Below the pieces are notes generated by a model. That model did no database searches. It was not told the origin of the DNA and saw only the letters and a program-made list of their open reading frames with translations. The position numbers were made by a program, and so were the translations under genes. A stretch of 64,000 nucleotides of DNA from Octopus bimaculoides (taxonomy: Eukaryota). The stretch spans positions 32,475,096-32,539,095 of the forward strand of contig NC_068989.1 of NCBI RefSeq assembly GCF_001194135.2, in the 5' to 3' direction. Below, in pieces: positions 49,381 through 63,399 of the stretch. Positions within the stretch are counted from its first letter, which is position 1; every line of letters begins with the position of its first letter.

Positions 49381-50859
49381 ATTAGTAATTATTAATAAAT
49401 GTGATATGCTTGCCTATGTAATAATTGCATATGTCAATAATTTTAATCTGCACTGAGAGCACAACAGATGTCAATTCAAATGCTAAATTGCAATTTGATA
49501 AAAACATTAAATACAAACTCAGAACAGAAAATGGAAAACCCAAGAATCAAAGTAACTTCTCGTACATTTCACTCATCACACATAATTAATGAACAATAAT
49601 TCATTTACTTTTTTAAAGTCTAAACTGTACACAATTGTAATTGTTGTTTGGGGCATTAAAACAGCACTAAGCACTCTTCTATGTGAGATACAAAGTTTAG
49701 TCTTTTAGAGAACTTTCTCTCAAAAGACTTCCTGTGAGATTACTTTTTGCATTTTATCAAGTGAATTTCTACGGATTTTTTTTCTTCTTTGATTTAACAT
49801 AATGGTGTTAATACCTCAAGCAATGAGTTAGAATTCAGTAGCATTTACTAATGATTTTTTTTAGGAGGAGAATTTGGGAGAAAATAATTAGTCATATTTT
49901 GACATCACCTATACACACCAACAATGTGATATCAGGATTTACTGATTCCAAGTGGGAGTGAAGTTATAGTTGACCATGGCATTGATACTTTCATAAGCAA
50001 ATGGTAAGGATTAAACAAAAAAACAATATACTGATATATTTTAAATACAGGGTCTCTGCATATTGGTGGGTTTATGAGGGGAGCATTATTATTATAAGAG
50101 TAAATAGCATTAATTTATTAATGATGTGAGACAAAACCTTTGAAAGAAGATAAAGGCATATCTTGGAATACTTTTTTCTCATGGGAGTTGTGCAGCTGAC
50201 ACGTTATAGAGACTACTAGAGCACAAATTCAAGTTTGAAACAAGAAACCAATGCCCCAGCAATTGATATCATACATAGTTGCGAAAGCACACGTCAACTC
50301 ACATGATACAGACAGAAAGTCTATTGATAGAAACTTAGACATAATGAACTAAATGCAATTCACCGTAATCTCTAGTTTCTGATAGGATTGGGAGATTTAT
50401 AGAGAAAAAATATAGGCATTTCAGAGGAGATGGAAACAACATTTGTTGTCACTTCTGACTACCATCTGAATATTTCTATAAATGTATTTCTGATATTTGA
50501 CCTTATCATTTACAATCATTAAATTACCAAACTTACATAATTACAAATTTGCAGCCATTATCACAAAAATATACTGTATATGGATTACATACATTTATAT
50601 TGATGAATGCATCAATGGTCAACCAAACAAGCTACATGTTGAATACCAACTAGCTATATTGTAGGTACAAAACTTGGACTGAAAGTAATGCCAAAGTTGA
50701 CATAACTTTCTTTTCTCCATACTAGGTGTGAGTAGTCATATGGGTCCTTCTGCAAGAACCTGCTCTGCACAATTCTCTCATATTAATCCTTTCATCCCCC
50801 AAGCACAAAGCTGGTCCCACCCCCACCTACCCCAGGGCTCATAGTCTTTTGAACAGTAC

Positions 50860-51050
50860 GGCAACCTAAACAGTGCAGGTGGTGTGATAAAAGCACCCAG
50901 TCCACTTTGTTAAGTGGCTGGCATTAGGAAGGACATCCAGCCATAAAAACCATGCCAAAGCAGACATTGAAGCTTGATGCAGTCCTTGGACACATAAGTT
51001 CCTATCAAAGCATCTTACCCATGCCAGCATGGACCATGATGATGATTGTA
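50860..51050 (+). mobile_element. OR-like SINE 3' part
   Basis: GCATTAGGAAGGACATCCAGCCATAAAAACCATGCC..CCCATGCCAGCATGG..ATGATGATG. Confidence 0.75.
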
Positions 51051-51299
51051 AGTCATTCAAACTGCAAACTGTTATAACTTTTCTTCCTATTCTTCTTCAT
51101 TGCAGGTAAATAATAGGTTCCATAAATAATAAGTTCCATGCAGAAGCAATGTACCATCATTGTCAGAAGGCTACAGGTATTTACAAAGAAGACACCACAA
51201 ACAAAAGCAATGTGCATAGATGAACGAAGAAGCACAAAAAAGTAGAAATCAGCACTGAAGACAAACCATAGAATCAGAAACCATCAATACTGACCACTG

Positions 51300-51870
51300 A
51301 CATGAATTGTCTGCAAGTGGGTGAATTGAGTTGCACAGACTGATGTCATTATCTCTGAGCTTGCTACATAACTGGACTATGGTCACAATGCATTAAAGAA
51401 GATAGTGGACATCAAAAAGTGTGTGCAAAGTTATTATACCTCAGCAGCTGACTCATGATTTGAAGGAGAAAAGTGTAGATGTCTGCTCTATTCTGCTGAA
51501 AATGTTTGAAACAAATGAAAACATGTTTTTTATTGATCTGATGACAGGAGATGAAATGAAATGCGGCTATGTCTTTATAGGAAATAGCACTACACTTTCC
51601 AAAGTCCAAGGGCCATCAATCAATATAAAAAGTTGTTTTTCAATGACAAGGTCACCATTCTCCTCAATTTCCTAGGACATGGCTGTACCGTGAACAGTGA
51701 GTGAGACACTAAAAAGACTATAAAAAGTCCGAAGGAGGAAAACAGAGAGAACAAGAATCATACAACCCAGATATGGTGCCCTCTGACTTTCACCTGTTCA
51801 GTCCAATGAAGGATAGTCATCATGGACATAGATGAAGAGGTCGTGAAGAAGTGGAAGCTATAATATATTC
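51300..51870 (+). mobile_element. Mariner transposase remnant
   Basis: IIPQQLT..K..VDVC..LL..DLMTGDE (WVPHEL and TGDE motifs) and PDMVPSDFHLFSPMKD (YSPDLAPSDFHLF). Confidence 0.75.
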
Positions 51871-53171
51871 TAAGCGTTTTCAAAAGTAATGTCAGCAACT
51901 AGTAAGCAAAAGCTTGCCTGTGGGACTACTATTTTCTGGATGTAATCTCAACTGTTTGTACATATGCCACAGCTGCATTGTTCTAAATATATTGCATGTT
52001 GCTTGTGAAAGGTCACTAACAATTTAGAGTTTATGTATTCCTACCCTTACTGGGGAAGTCTAGCCTTTGTGATGAGGTCTTTGATATAGTCTATGTGCAT
52101 TTATATGAAACACCAAAAGAATTTGTAAAAATTAAAATAGTTTTAGTTTGTATTAAAAATAGGAAGTTTGTGTGTTTCTTTGAGATATTAATGGTTGATT
52201 TGGTACCACTAAATGAGGCTAAGTTATTATATGCCCATTATGCTTAGTTTTCAGGTCAATAATACTTATGTGCATAAGTGATAGAAATTGTAGAGGTGAG
52301 AAAAAGATCAAGGCTGTTAGTCAAAAACACAAACTGAAAACTGACCCCAACTTCATGTTTCATTTTTATTCTTTGTCAGAAGAAAATTAAAAGGATTCAT
52401 TCCTTACACATTTTCATTGTCTTTTTCTGTTGACTAAAACTAGTGTCACATACATGTCTTTTAAGCTAATAAAACCTAGGTTATTCCTCTTCATACAAGT
52501 ACAGTAAGCACTGAGGCTTACACTCATCTAACCTTAGAGTGCAAGCAGTATTAAGGAACTTTGGGAGGATTCTCAGTCTTAGTCTTTTGGGAAACATCAT
52601 TATGGAAAACAGTTGACCTCAGCAGAATGTGATCTCAGAATATAAATGACCCAAGCAGAAAACTGTATTTTGTCCAATGCTCTAATAATTCTGCAGTCTT
52701 TTCCAGGAGGGATGAATTGAAAAGCAGATCTTAGCAAGCTTTTAACTCAAAATGTGGAGTGATAACATTTAAAATCTAGAGACCAATACTGTTTCTGCTC
52801 CTCCATTATGGACAATGCTCACAATAATGACCCTCAACACAGGGACAAGACCACACATTTTTTTAAGGTGATATAGTTGATCAAACTGACTTGAGTATTT
52901 GGTAAGTACCTTATTTCAAAATACAATGAAAGGATGAAGGACAAAGTAAACCCCAGGAGGGTTTGGAATCTGAATGCAAAGGAATACAAACTGACTGGAC
53001 TATATTCTTCAAAGAATACTTACAGCTACTGATTCACACCAAAAGTGAGATATTAATTTAAAGTTTTGCTCATATGATACTGTATAGCTTTATAACATCA
53101 ACTTAACAGTGAATATAAAATATCTTATTGCCACTCCTTTTTTGGCTAGTTCAATGTAGTTTCAAAATAAC

Positions 53172-53213
53172 TTATTTCAATACCTACAAAAAATTTTGTA
53201 GGTATTGAAATAA
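53172..53213. repeat. Perfect 20-bp-arm palindrome with a 2-nt loop
   Basis: TTATTTCAATACCTACAAAA-aa-TTTTGTAGGTATTGAAATAA. Confidence 0.95.
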
Positions 53214-53999
53214 ATTTTGTAAGTCATGTATTTTTTTTTACTAGTAACTCACTAACTAATGCATTACTTATGAACAAAAATATAATTTCAGGACATTTTC
53301 ACTAACATTGATCAAATTGTAGTAACATTCAAAGCCTCAACAAGCTGTGCACCAATGATCTAACAGTGAATAAACATCATCTGAACATCAATTTACTGCT
53401 GAAAATACTGCTCTTCTTACAGTGTCTTTATACTTAATCAGTGCTGATCAAATGACAGAAGACAAATCTACACTGCAAATAACACCTATTTCAAGACAAA
53501 ATATTGAAGCTTAATACTCTGTTTTGGACTGACTTAATAAGATACTAGTTCAAAATGCTATCCACTCTAATTTATAAAAAAAAAAAAAAGAAAAAAAAAA
53601 TCTTTGTTCAGGAAAATGAAAGTTGGAATTTTGAAATATAAAAAGAATACTGCATTGAAATGTAGATGCAATTTTTACTTTGTGTCCACTTCCAAGTTTT
53701 TTTATGTTTTTTTAACAGCAAACAAACATTAAATGTATTTCTTCAGAAACAATTTTTTAAAATACATATTTGTGTAAATAAGTGTATGCTGAGTTACATA
53801 AATGACATCTATTACTTTTGGCAGAAGCTAATTTCCTGGCAACTGTTAGAGGTTTCCAACTAAACCAGCTTTGCCAGATTTCTAGCACTAACTTTCACAC
53901 AAAATCATGTACCAAAGATCTTTACTTTTAACTTTCATTTTAGTCAGTGGGCTGCAGTCATGCTGAGATATTACCTTGAAGGGTTTTAGTTAATGTTTT

Positions 54000-54305
54000 G
54001 GCAAAAGAGATTGACAGAATAAGTACCAGATTTTTAGAAAATAAATTTTAGAGGACTTGTTTAAGTTATGTGGACATAAACAAACCAACACCAGTTGTCA
54101 AGCAGAGATGGGGGGGGGGTGCAAATACAAACACACACATGATGGGCTTCAACACAGTTTTCTTCTACCAAATTCATTCAGAAGAGATTGGTAGGCCTAG
54201 GGATATAATAGAAGACACTTACTCCAGTTGCCATGTAGATGCAATGAGCCCAAAATTATGTAATTGCAAAGCAAGCTTCTAAACCTCACAGCCAAGCCTG
54301 AACCT
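54000..54305 (-). mobile_element. Old CORE-like SINE
   Basis: TTTCTTCTACCAAATTCATTCA..ATAGAAGACACTT..GCAAGCTTCTAAACCTCACAGCCA, homologous to 25.1 and 43.2 kb. Confidence 0.7.
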
Positions 54306-57300
54306 ATATCCAATCTAAATTATAATCTGTCAACTTATCTTTACCAATTCCACATTAAAGAGAAGTAGAAGAACTGTTGTATAGACACTTCATCACAAAC
54401 TAAAACTCATGCAAGAACTAGTTGAAAAATCCCTTTTGAATTGAATTACTGGCAATTTATGACATTACTTTTCAGCTAAGGAAACAATGTAAAATTCTTT
54501 GCCAAAAAGAAAACTACATTGCTAGGTTAACAGATACTTGCAACTCACCATTTAAAATTTATCCATATAAGTTGAGAAAACTTATGCACAAATAATCAAT
54601 AAGAACATTTAACTTAGAAACATTGAAGCAAAATAGTATTTTGTACAGCTAGCAACCCATACGCCCCATGCTTGTTTAATTAAAATTAATGAAATAAATG
54701 TTTAATTGATGGAAGTTCAACTTAAATAGTTGTCCATTATCTCCAATCAGTTGTACCTCATTAGATCTATAAACTGGAGAAAGTGGACGGAATTGTGCAT
54801 TTGACTAGAGTTTCTAGTCAGTCAGTTTGCTTGGAGACATAAAACACTCAGTTCCATAACTCACTAATTTGCCTGCTACATGGAATAAGTCAAATTCTTA
54901 AAATACTTTCTTACTGATTTGTAAACAATTCTATAAAGGTATCATGTATGAATTCATAACTTAGGATCATGTATGACCATGTAGCTGAGAAGTTCATTTC
55001 CCAACCACTCAAAAAGCTGACCAAAGCCTTTTAAATGGATTTGCTTAACAAAAATTGAAAAGCTCATTATATATATTTTTGTGCATTTGTATCTCATTGA
55101 CTTGACATTGGGTGATAGTTGTAAATGAACCTCACCGTCATGGGAAGTATTATCTTAATCGAAAATAGATGAGGGGTGGCAACAAGAACATTCAGCTATA
55201 AAAATTCTTCCAGCAAATCTCCTCGGATCCATGAAAGCTAGGAAAACTAAGTTTGAACTGGTAAGACACTGCAGGTGTTATTTCACATTCACACAGAGTA
55301 CATTAAACATAAAAGACTTGGGGATTACTTAGATTTTTATGAAGATTTTGACTCCAGTACTTTTACCATAGATTTTAAAATTCAAATCTTGACAGGAATA
55401 GCAACTTCAAATGCACCCCCAAAACAACCAATTAAGTCATATTTATAGCAAATAAATGGAAAATATAAATAAAGAAAAATATCTTAGAAAACTAGGAAAG
55501 AAAATCAATGAAACATTTTCCATTAATCTTCCAATATTTCTATTGTATGAAAACTGAATAAAAACAGTTACAACACGAAGCAAACAATTCACTGTTATAT
55601 ACTGAAAATATTTTTTAAAAGGGTACCGTAATGAAGTATGTAACTGCCTAAATAACCAAAATAATACATTAACAAGTGAAGGAAATCCTATATTTCTTTT
55701 TAATTGACCTTTCAAAAACAATCTGAAACTAGTAACACAAAAGAAAAACTCTCACTCATGATTCTGAACAAAACATATGGAAATTTGTACCAACATATTC
55801 ATTTAAACAACTTTATAAAAATTTCGAATGAAAGTAAACTTTTAAACAACTTCGAAAGCATTACATAAATCTCAAGAAGTAAGATTTTATATTCTTTAAA
55901 CTTTAAAATATATAAGTAATATTTTCAATATTTCAAAAATACAAAAACAAATTCTACCATATATCAAATAAGTTTCATAGCCATCTTTAAAACTCGTAAA
56001 AAAAATTAAAATTATCATCATTAAGTCAGCGGCACGATTAAGAGCAAATAAAGTATGATTACAAACAGATCGCAGTTAATGCACAAGAGAATGTATAAGC
56101 ATTTAGTTTAGAATCCATGTTATTTAATTAAAAGCAAATTTTTTAGATTTTTATCCCTCGAGAAAATGTAATTATAATATATGTAATAATATTAGTTGTA
56201 GTGTTGATATTTAGAGATGTAAGTATAGTTCCTGTTGAGTGTTACAAGTAGTTGTCAAGTTGTTAATGACAATGTAGCAGCAATCTAAATGCTTCCAACT
56301 TCGTGATGGTAAATTGTGCTGGCACAAACACGATTTAAGTCAAGGATAAAGCTGTCACTGATGTCAGTTTTTTTTTTCCTTCTAGAATGAATATTTTTGA
56401 TGAATTTAGATAATTATTTTATTTCTTATATTTAAAATATCAGAGACGAGAAAAGACTGACCATCCTCTTTTCTACTCATTATATCAGTTCTCGTTATAA
56501 TGAAATCAGTCCTACATTTTCTTAATGATAAATAAAAAATGAAAAAAAAAAAAAAAACAATGTTTTTAACATAACTTTATTAAATATTAAATTCAAAACA
56601 GAAAAACTGAATAAAAATTTTAAAATGTATTAATATAAAAAACAGTTATTTAGCAATAAAATATTAAAAATAAGTTTTCAATATAACATACGATTAAACG
56701 TAGAGAAAATCTAGTATTAATTTTAATAAAGCTCATAAAAACTGAAAAATATTATTCAAAGTTTTAACAATTTAAATACAACAGAAATTTCAGATAGATT
56801 TAAGAATATATGATTTTAATAATGCCCTAAACATTAATTTCTTGCCCATATATAATAAATATTATAAACAACAAAAATCACCATAAGATTTGATCTTTTT
56901 AAATGCAATGTCAGTAATTTGTTAACTTTAATCTGATAAATAACCTGTTTTTATACGAAGGCAATTAAAAAAAAATGAGTGCAATTTATAAGTCTAAACC
57001 TCATACTGATCTCACTTGAAGCATGTCAAAGAATTAGAAAAACATTGATTACAATATATTTTAAAATGAAGTCTCGTTTTCTTTCAACCGAAGCAGAATA
57101 TAAAAATTTTGATTAAATATACAAACGAAACGCAAAAAGAACCCAACTACTACAGCTTAACTGTTATCCGCACAATAAGTTTCAATATCAGTTTATGTCT
57201 CCGTTTGCCATTAAAAAATATGTCACCGATTTTAAGTGATATATACTACAATATATCAAAAACTGTAGCACCTCGTTAAACCTTTTACATTTCAATGGTT

Positions 57301-58918
57301 CAATTTGAGGAACCTATCAGAATGTAACTTAAAGAGTAAACACAGCGACATAAACAGACTAAAAATAAAATAAAATGATTAACTGGTCGTCTAAGTGACT
57401 ATAAAAATCCATTCTGAATTCATTTACAGAATATCTTTAAGTACTCGTCGCAATACAATATCTAACAGAAACTGAACTAATTAAAAGGCGTATTCTGTCC
57501 TGAGTATACAAATCTACTAAAATAATTGCAAATCTTAAAATTTTCTAACAAGGGCCTTAAGCAACACATTCTATATACAACCTTCAGAAAATTTAAGGTC
57601 AACAAATTAAATTTAGTAAAGATTTATTATAAATAAATATCTGAAAATCAATAGAAATGAAGGGGGTAAAAAAATACATCTATTTGGTTTATTTCGCAAA
57701 GTTAAAAAATAAAACAATTTCAATCAAAATTGTATGCATACAAGCCCTACTCAATTATTCTGTATATTTATAAATACAACAGCTGTTAAATTACATTATT
57801 TAACAAGAAATATTAAAATATACAGCATCATGCTTATAATACGAACTAAGAAGTTCATTAAAAATGCCTAACAAAAATTAAAGAAAACAATGTGATCAAC
57901 AGAATAAGAGACAAACCATCAATTATGTAACTAAATAGATTAATCTTTAACAGAGTAAATCAACTTGTCAAAATATTTTGAAATTCTTACAAGAACGCGT
58001 GTAAATTAAATATTTTTTCCAATCTGATACAAAAAAAGGGGGTATGACAACAGTTAAGTTGACAAACATCAATACGATGCTTTATTTAAACAATATAACT
58101 ATAAAGTATTACTTATACTCGATATGTAAACTGACATAGCTAATAATGAGTGAATGTCAAGATAGAGAAGATGACTTCCTCACCCTTCAACTAATTTACA
58201 CGTCACTGTCAATTGATATAATTATACGACACACGAATGTTAAGACACTTTTAATTTTATAAACATATGCAATAAACAATTATGAATTATTTCCTTTGAA
58301 TGTACTGACTTCCGTTAAAATGTCAACCAACATATATTCAGAAGCAAGACGTGTTTACTTCGATCTTCATAAATTTCCATTTTCAAAATTAATACAATTA
58401 TCATATCAAGCAATAAAATTTACAATTCAACAATATAATTGTTTACGGAATCAAAGTCATAAGATATCAGTAACTAGATGACAGGATTTGAAATATTTTT
58501 CTCTCCTCTCTCATCATGTTAAAGTGAGCTCTGATTATAATCAAAGAACTTTGACCATGACTGATGATCAACTTATACAATAACAAAGTTCTACAAACGA
58601 AACTAAATAAATGTAGAAAAATCTGTGTTGGGTAAAGAGAATCTAACAATAGTTATAATGGTACTTAAAAGAAATTAACCATATAAATGCGTTGCCAATC
58701 TCGATCTGCCTCTCTCCCTCTCTTCCATACATACAGATTTCTCTATATGCCTGTATCCTTTCTAAATATAATTGTTGAACAGTCAAGCTTCTCACAAAAA
58801 TTTAGGTCACAACACGAAGTAGACACATCGCCATCTCTTACTCATACTACTACTACTACTTTCAAAACTGCTACTATTTACACGGCAACTAACAACTACT
58901 AACAACGTCGTACCATAC

Positions 58919-58968
58919 TTATATACTACCAAACAAATTAGTCGTTTTCCAGTCTTTCGGTGCAAGAC
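58919..58968 (-). CDS. Candidate exon 2 of a small ORF (G-LAPKDWKTTNLFGSI*)
   Basis: Acceptor TTGCCATTTGATATTCTTGTATCCCTTTCAACAG|G at 58969/58968. Phase-1 compatible with exon 1; TAA at 58921-58919. Confidence 0.45.
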
Positions 58969-59381
58969 CTGTTGAAAGGGATACAAGAATATCAAATGGC
59001 AAAACAAACCTAGTGATATTGAATTCTTTTATTGTTATGCTTATAGCATTTATTTCACTCCCTTGTCAGTGTAGACACATGTATATTATATAAAGCGCAA
59101 ATATAACGCACAAAAGGAGCGGTGATTATTCATATATAATATATATGGTGACTAAATATATTGTATTTTATTCGATTAACACAAAATAAAACTGAATTTT
59201 AGAAAGAAAAATACAGAAATTAACTAATTCGACGAAAACGACTGTTCTGGTTTTTATATCTACCACTACTTACTAATCGCTTATTAAGGCATCATCACAG
59301 GGAGATAGAAGTAGCTCGTGGTATTCTAAAGTGTAGTACCTCAGCAGATGTAGATGAAATAAACGATAAGGGCCAACTCAC

Positions 59382-59439
59382 CTTCATTATGCGATTTCTG
59401 TTCCCAATTGAGTTGGGATATCCCCATCTTGGCAGCCAT
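59382..59439 (-). CDS. Candidate first coding exon (MAAKMGISQLNWEQKSHNE-G)
   Basis: ATG in AAGATGGC context at 59439, an in-frame TAA seven codons upstream, and a consensus donor AAG|GTGAGT at 59382/59381. No homologue recognised. Confidence 0.5.
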
Positions 59440-59620
59440 CTTTAATACTTTACGCGTACATTAGCGTCCTCTGTCGGTGGATGGTGACATTACTAAATCT
59501 CCTCCCCCTTTCACTCATCATCGTGCCATTTCTCCAACTTTGTCACGCTGTGTACTCCGCCTTTTGCTCTTATCACGTCTACCAATTCTTTCGATACATT
59601 CACTTTTAGAATATGCGGTA
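59424..59620 (-). promoter_or_regulatory. Candidate promoter/TSS region with tandem YY1-type motifs (AAGATGGC, AAGATGGG)
   Basis: GCCATCTT and CCCATCTT on the plus strand at 59423-59442. Local CpG retention (TACGCG, GTCGG, TCACG, CTCCGCC) in a window otherwise showing CpG decay. Confidence 0.5.
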
Positions 59621-61934
59621 TCATATATAAGATGATTACAATAACAGCTTTGTTTATCATAAATCTTCTGCCTACAGATGACACCAACTTCAATTTTTTC
59701 ACAGTAAATCAAATTGCTGTAAAATACCTGTTTGTCTCAGTCTGTTTCACAAGAAAATGCGCTTTTGATGTCAGTGGTTCTAATCAGATGACTGTGAAAT
59801 GTATATTTTGGAATTCCATTCTGGTTTTATTATTTTATGTTTAAGAATAAAAATACAACTATATAGAAAATGTCTTTTTACTGATATTCAGCAAACATGA
59901 CAAAAATAATCACTCACAACATAAATAGATTTGTAAATACAACAAAGATTTCATAGAATTTCTGCTTATGTCAAAATAGGACCACTGATGAAAAGAGATC
60001 GATTCACGCTTTCCAAATGGAGAAAAGTTGACGAAAAACATTTTACAGTAATAATGTAAAATTCTGACATGAAGCTCATTGCAACATATAATCTAACAAA
60101 ATTTCAGAAAGAAACTGAAAATAATTTGAAAATAAATAATCCAGTAGTTTGATAATGAGAATTCAAATAATCCATAACTGAGTAAATTAATACTTTACAA
60201 TGTCTTCGATTTTCTCACAAGTATTCCATCACTAATAATAATTGTAATATTATTAACTAGCCACATCATCTTTGTTGATTATTTGCTTGGAACAGGAGCC
60301 ATACATATAATTACATTCATGAACTAAGTGTCCACACGAATCTTTTAGTTTGTATTCTTCCGTTATCATAGCTCTAATAGGTCACATTCATAGTAGTCAT
60401 AAATTATACTTGTCTTTAAGGTGATTAATGATAGTTGTAATAGGAAAAATACTCAAGAAATATGTTTACGTTCCAGAGTCAGAATTTCTGGCTCTGCAAA
60501 TGGAAATGGATTGGTTTACAAGCAAGCAGAAGACCACGCGGAAATGGCAGCGTAATTCATATTCACTATGTATGGAACGTCAAAAGTGTCTGAATGTGGT
60601 AAATAAATCTGAAACGAAAATATCCATTTGATTGATCTTAATTTTTCTATGAACCTTCGAATATATATTTTTTTTAATTATATTTTTTGAAATATAAAAT
60701 TTGCAACACATAAAGATGCTGCTATATCTCTTGAGCATCGCAGCGCTATCAACATCATAGATGCAATCGGAACAATCTGTAGCCGATAGAAACAAAATGA
60801 GACCCAAAAAAAAAACAGAATGTGAACGAAAACAAACACTTTCTCTAAACTGGCCTGTTACTGTTATGAATTTTTTTACATGCAATTTTTTCCCATACTT
60901 GTTTTTGGCTTCTTGAAAAATTCTGATAAAAATATTTTTTTAAGTTATTACCAAATTTCTAAATAGTTTATCATAAAAAACATAAAGACTCATAAAATAA
61001 TTTCCTCCATAATGAAGTTTACTAGAAAAAAAAAATACTTTGATAGAATGTATTCAACATTTGAACATTTTCATCATCATTATTTTATGTCCATCGGTTG
61101 GATGGGGTTTTTTCCAGCACAACACCTAAACTCTTGTTGCAATCTAATGTCATTTCCTTCATGAGGTTCAGCATCATCACTTCATTTTGTGCTTTCCTCA
61201 GTTTCACTCTCCTTCTTGGATAGTTTGGTACTTCTACAATCATTCATGGAAATGTATTTTAGGAACTAGGGATATGCTAAGACTCATGAGGTTCAGATTA
61301 GGAATGAAATGGGTGGTTAGATGACATAACCCATCGAATGAGCTGAAAAGTAAGAGAAAGCTGTTCTCTTATGAACCCACTAATTTCCATCACTATTCAC
61401 AAACAACAATCATCCTTCATACACATCATATGTTTGTACTATAAACTGATTACTAGAATATATAAGTTCATATCAGAATACTTTAAAGAAAGTATCTGAA
61501 GTACAAAGGAAGTTTTGCATATTCAAAATGAAAGTTCCAAGATGAAAATGTAATCATATAAATCCTATTGAAATGTTTCAAAGTGAGGAAGAACTTTAAT
61601 GGCTGCAAAAAAAATATTGGAAAATTTAAATAGGGTGACAATTACTAAACACAGATCTCTATGAAATGCATTCTCATGGAAATAATATGCAATGATGATG
61701 ATAATTAAATTATGTGAACAAAATGTATGAACACTTTAAAATAAAGTATAAAGATTATGAAGATTGGCACGTGTCTAAAAAGTATATTCATTAAATCAGT
61801 TTGCATGTATTATGTCAGCAGCAACTACTGTGGTGTAGCTAATAGGGAGGAAAGGGAGTGACTGCACCCCTGAGCACATTGTTCAAAATTGGCACATTTT
61901 CAACAATTTTTTAAAAACTCTTTATATATGCCTG

Positions 61935-62245
61935 GCACGTGAAAAGCACCATTCGAGTGTTGGGCCTCACGGAGGCAGTGACAGGTGACTGAGACCTTTG
62001 GTGATATACTGTGCTTGTGAAAACCTATCAAGCCAAGTGAGATCGTAGTTGTGGCTGATGCCAGAGTCACGTCAATGGCACCCATGCTGGTGGTACATAA
62101 AAAGCACCCACTTGGAGCGGTTGACATTAGGAAGAGCATCCAGCCACACAAACCATGCCGAATCAGATTGGAACCTGGTGCAACTTCTCAGCTTAACAGT
62201 TTTCAACCAAACTGGCCAACCCATGCCAGTATGATGATGATGATG
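61935..62245 (+). mobile_element. OR-like SINE
   Basis: AAAAGCACCCACTTGG..CATTAGGAAGAGCATCCAGC..AACCCATGCCAGTATGATGATG. Confidence 0.8.
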
Positions 62246-63399
62246 CCTATGTAAAATCATAATATGTGTGTGTGTGTAAAACAAGTGAGATGTAATGAGT
62301 GGATAGTTTCTGGATGTATTGAAATATGTTGAAAAATAATCTACACTTAGTACGGATTTTTACAACTGTGATAAATTGAAAAGAAAAAGTGTATGTATTG
62401 TGGATAACAGTTTGTTTATATTGAAAATTTGTTATCCAGTTCTTCCTTATAATAGTCTACCACAAAGTCATGGAAGGGGTCAAGATTTACATGAAAGAAG
62501 TTTGTTAGTGAATGTGTTCATATGAAAACTAAATCTCAGTGAAGTTGCTTTGCAATTGGTAAAAGGAAACTTACTAAAGGTGACAGAAGGAAACTGTCTG
62601 AAAATGACAGAAGGAACTGACTTTTTTTTACAGATATTATGAATATATACCTGTGTTAAAGCTTATGTCATTGAAATAAAGTTGAATAGAGTTTGCTTAG
62701 AAACACCCCATCTTCACCTAAGATAATGACATACTTGAGAGGTTAAACAAATGGATTTTAAGAACACAATCAGAGAACAATGGGAGCAAATGCAAAGACT
62801 TATGTTTTGATCCTTGCACAAATCCTTATATATCTCCCACAGTACTCTTGTCTTAGTGAACTTGTCATTAAAAAGCAAAATACAATATGAGAAGTTATAT
62901 TTATTCTCCTGAAGAAAATGATCCCCATGGAATATGTGTAGTGAAATCGTAAATGTGAAGAAATAGCTGTGTGCAGGGGAATTGCAAGATACTAGTGTTT
63001 GCAGACGGTTAAATACAGGCTATCACAAGTTGCTTGGAAATAGAAATAACAGAATAAGGCAAAAATGGTAAACTGGCATTCAATCAGAGAAAATAGAGAT
63101 GTGCTGTGTGAAAATTTGACATTTTCAAAGCAGTGAGTGGAAAGTGTACATGAACCTCAGGTGAATGCATGTGTATGTGCAGAGAATAATGTCCATAACG
63201 AAATATTTTGTTTTTCTGTCAAGTACTCTAGATTTCAGAGCATGGTGGTTGAAGTTATGCTGTACATGAAAATACATGCATGCATTGATTAATGTTCAGA
63301 AATATATGTGTAGCAACATTCAGAGGATGACAGATGGGACATACAGGCTTGGAGACAATGAACATAACTCAATCTATATTATGAATACATACCTATGTT

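Noticed and set aside
54549-54581. Possible 33-nt minus-strand micro-exon (FSTYMDKILNG) with donor G|GTGAGT
   Set aside because: The acceptor would be AAG with a weak pyrimidine tract. It cannot be supported without RNA-seq.
59982-60020. CTGATGAAAAG..CTTTCCAAA hammerhead-like motif
   Set aside because: CAAA replaces GAAA and there is no credible stem III or cleavage triplet; likely chance.
60428-60885. ORFs 60428-60631 (+) and 60580-60885 (-, hydrophobic stretch)
   Set aside because: No recognisable domain and no consistent splice-signal pair; the lengths are expected by chance.
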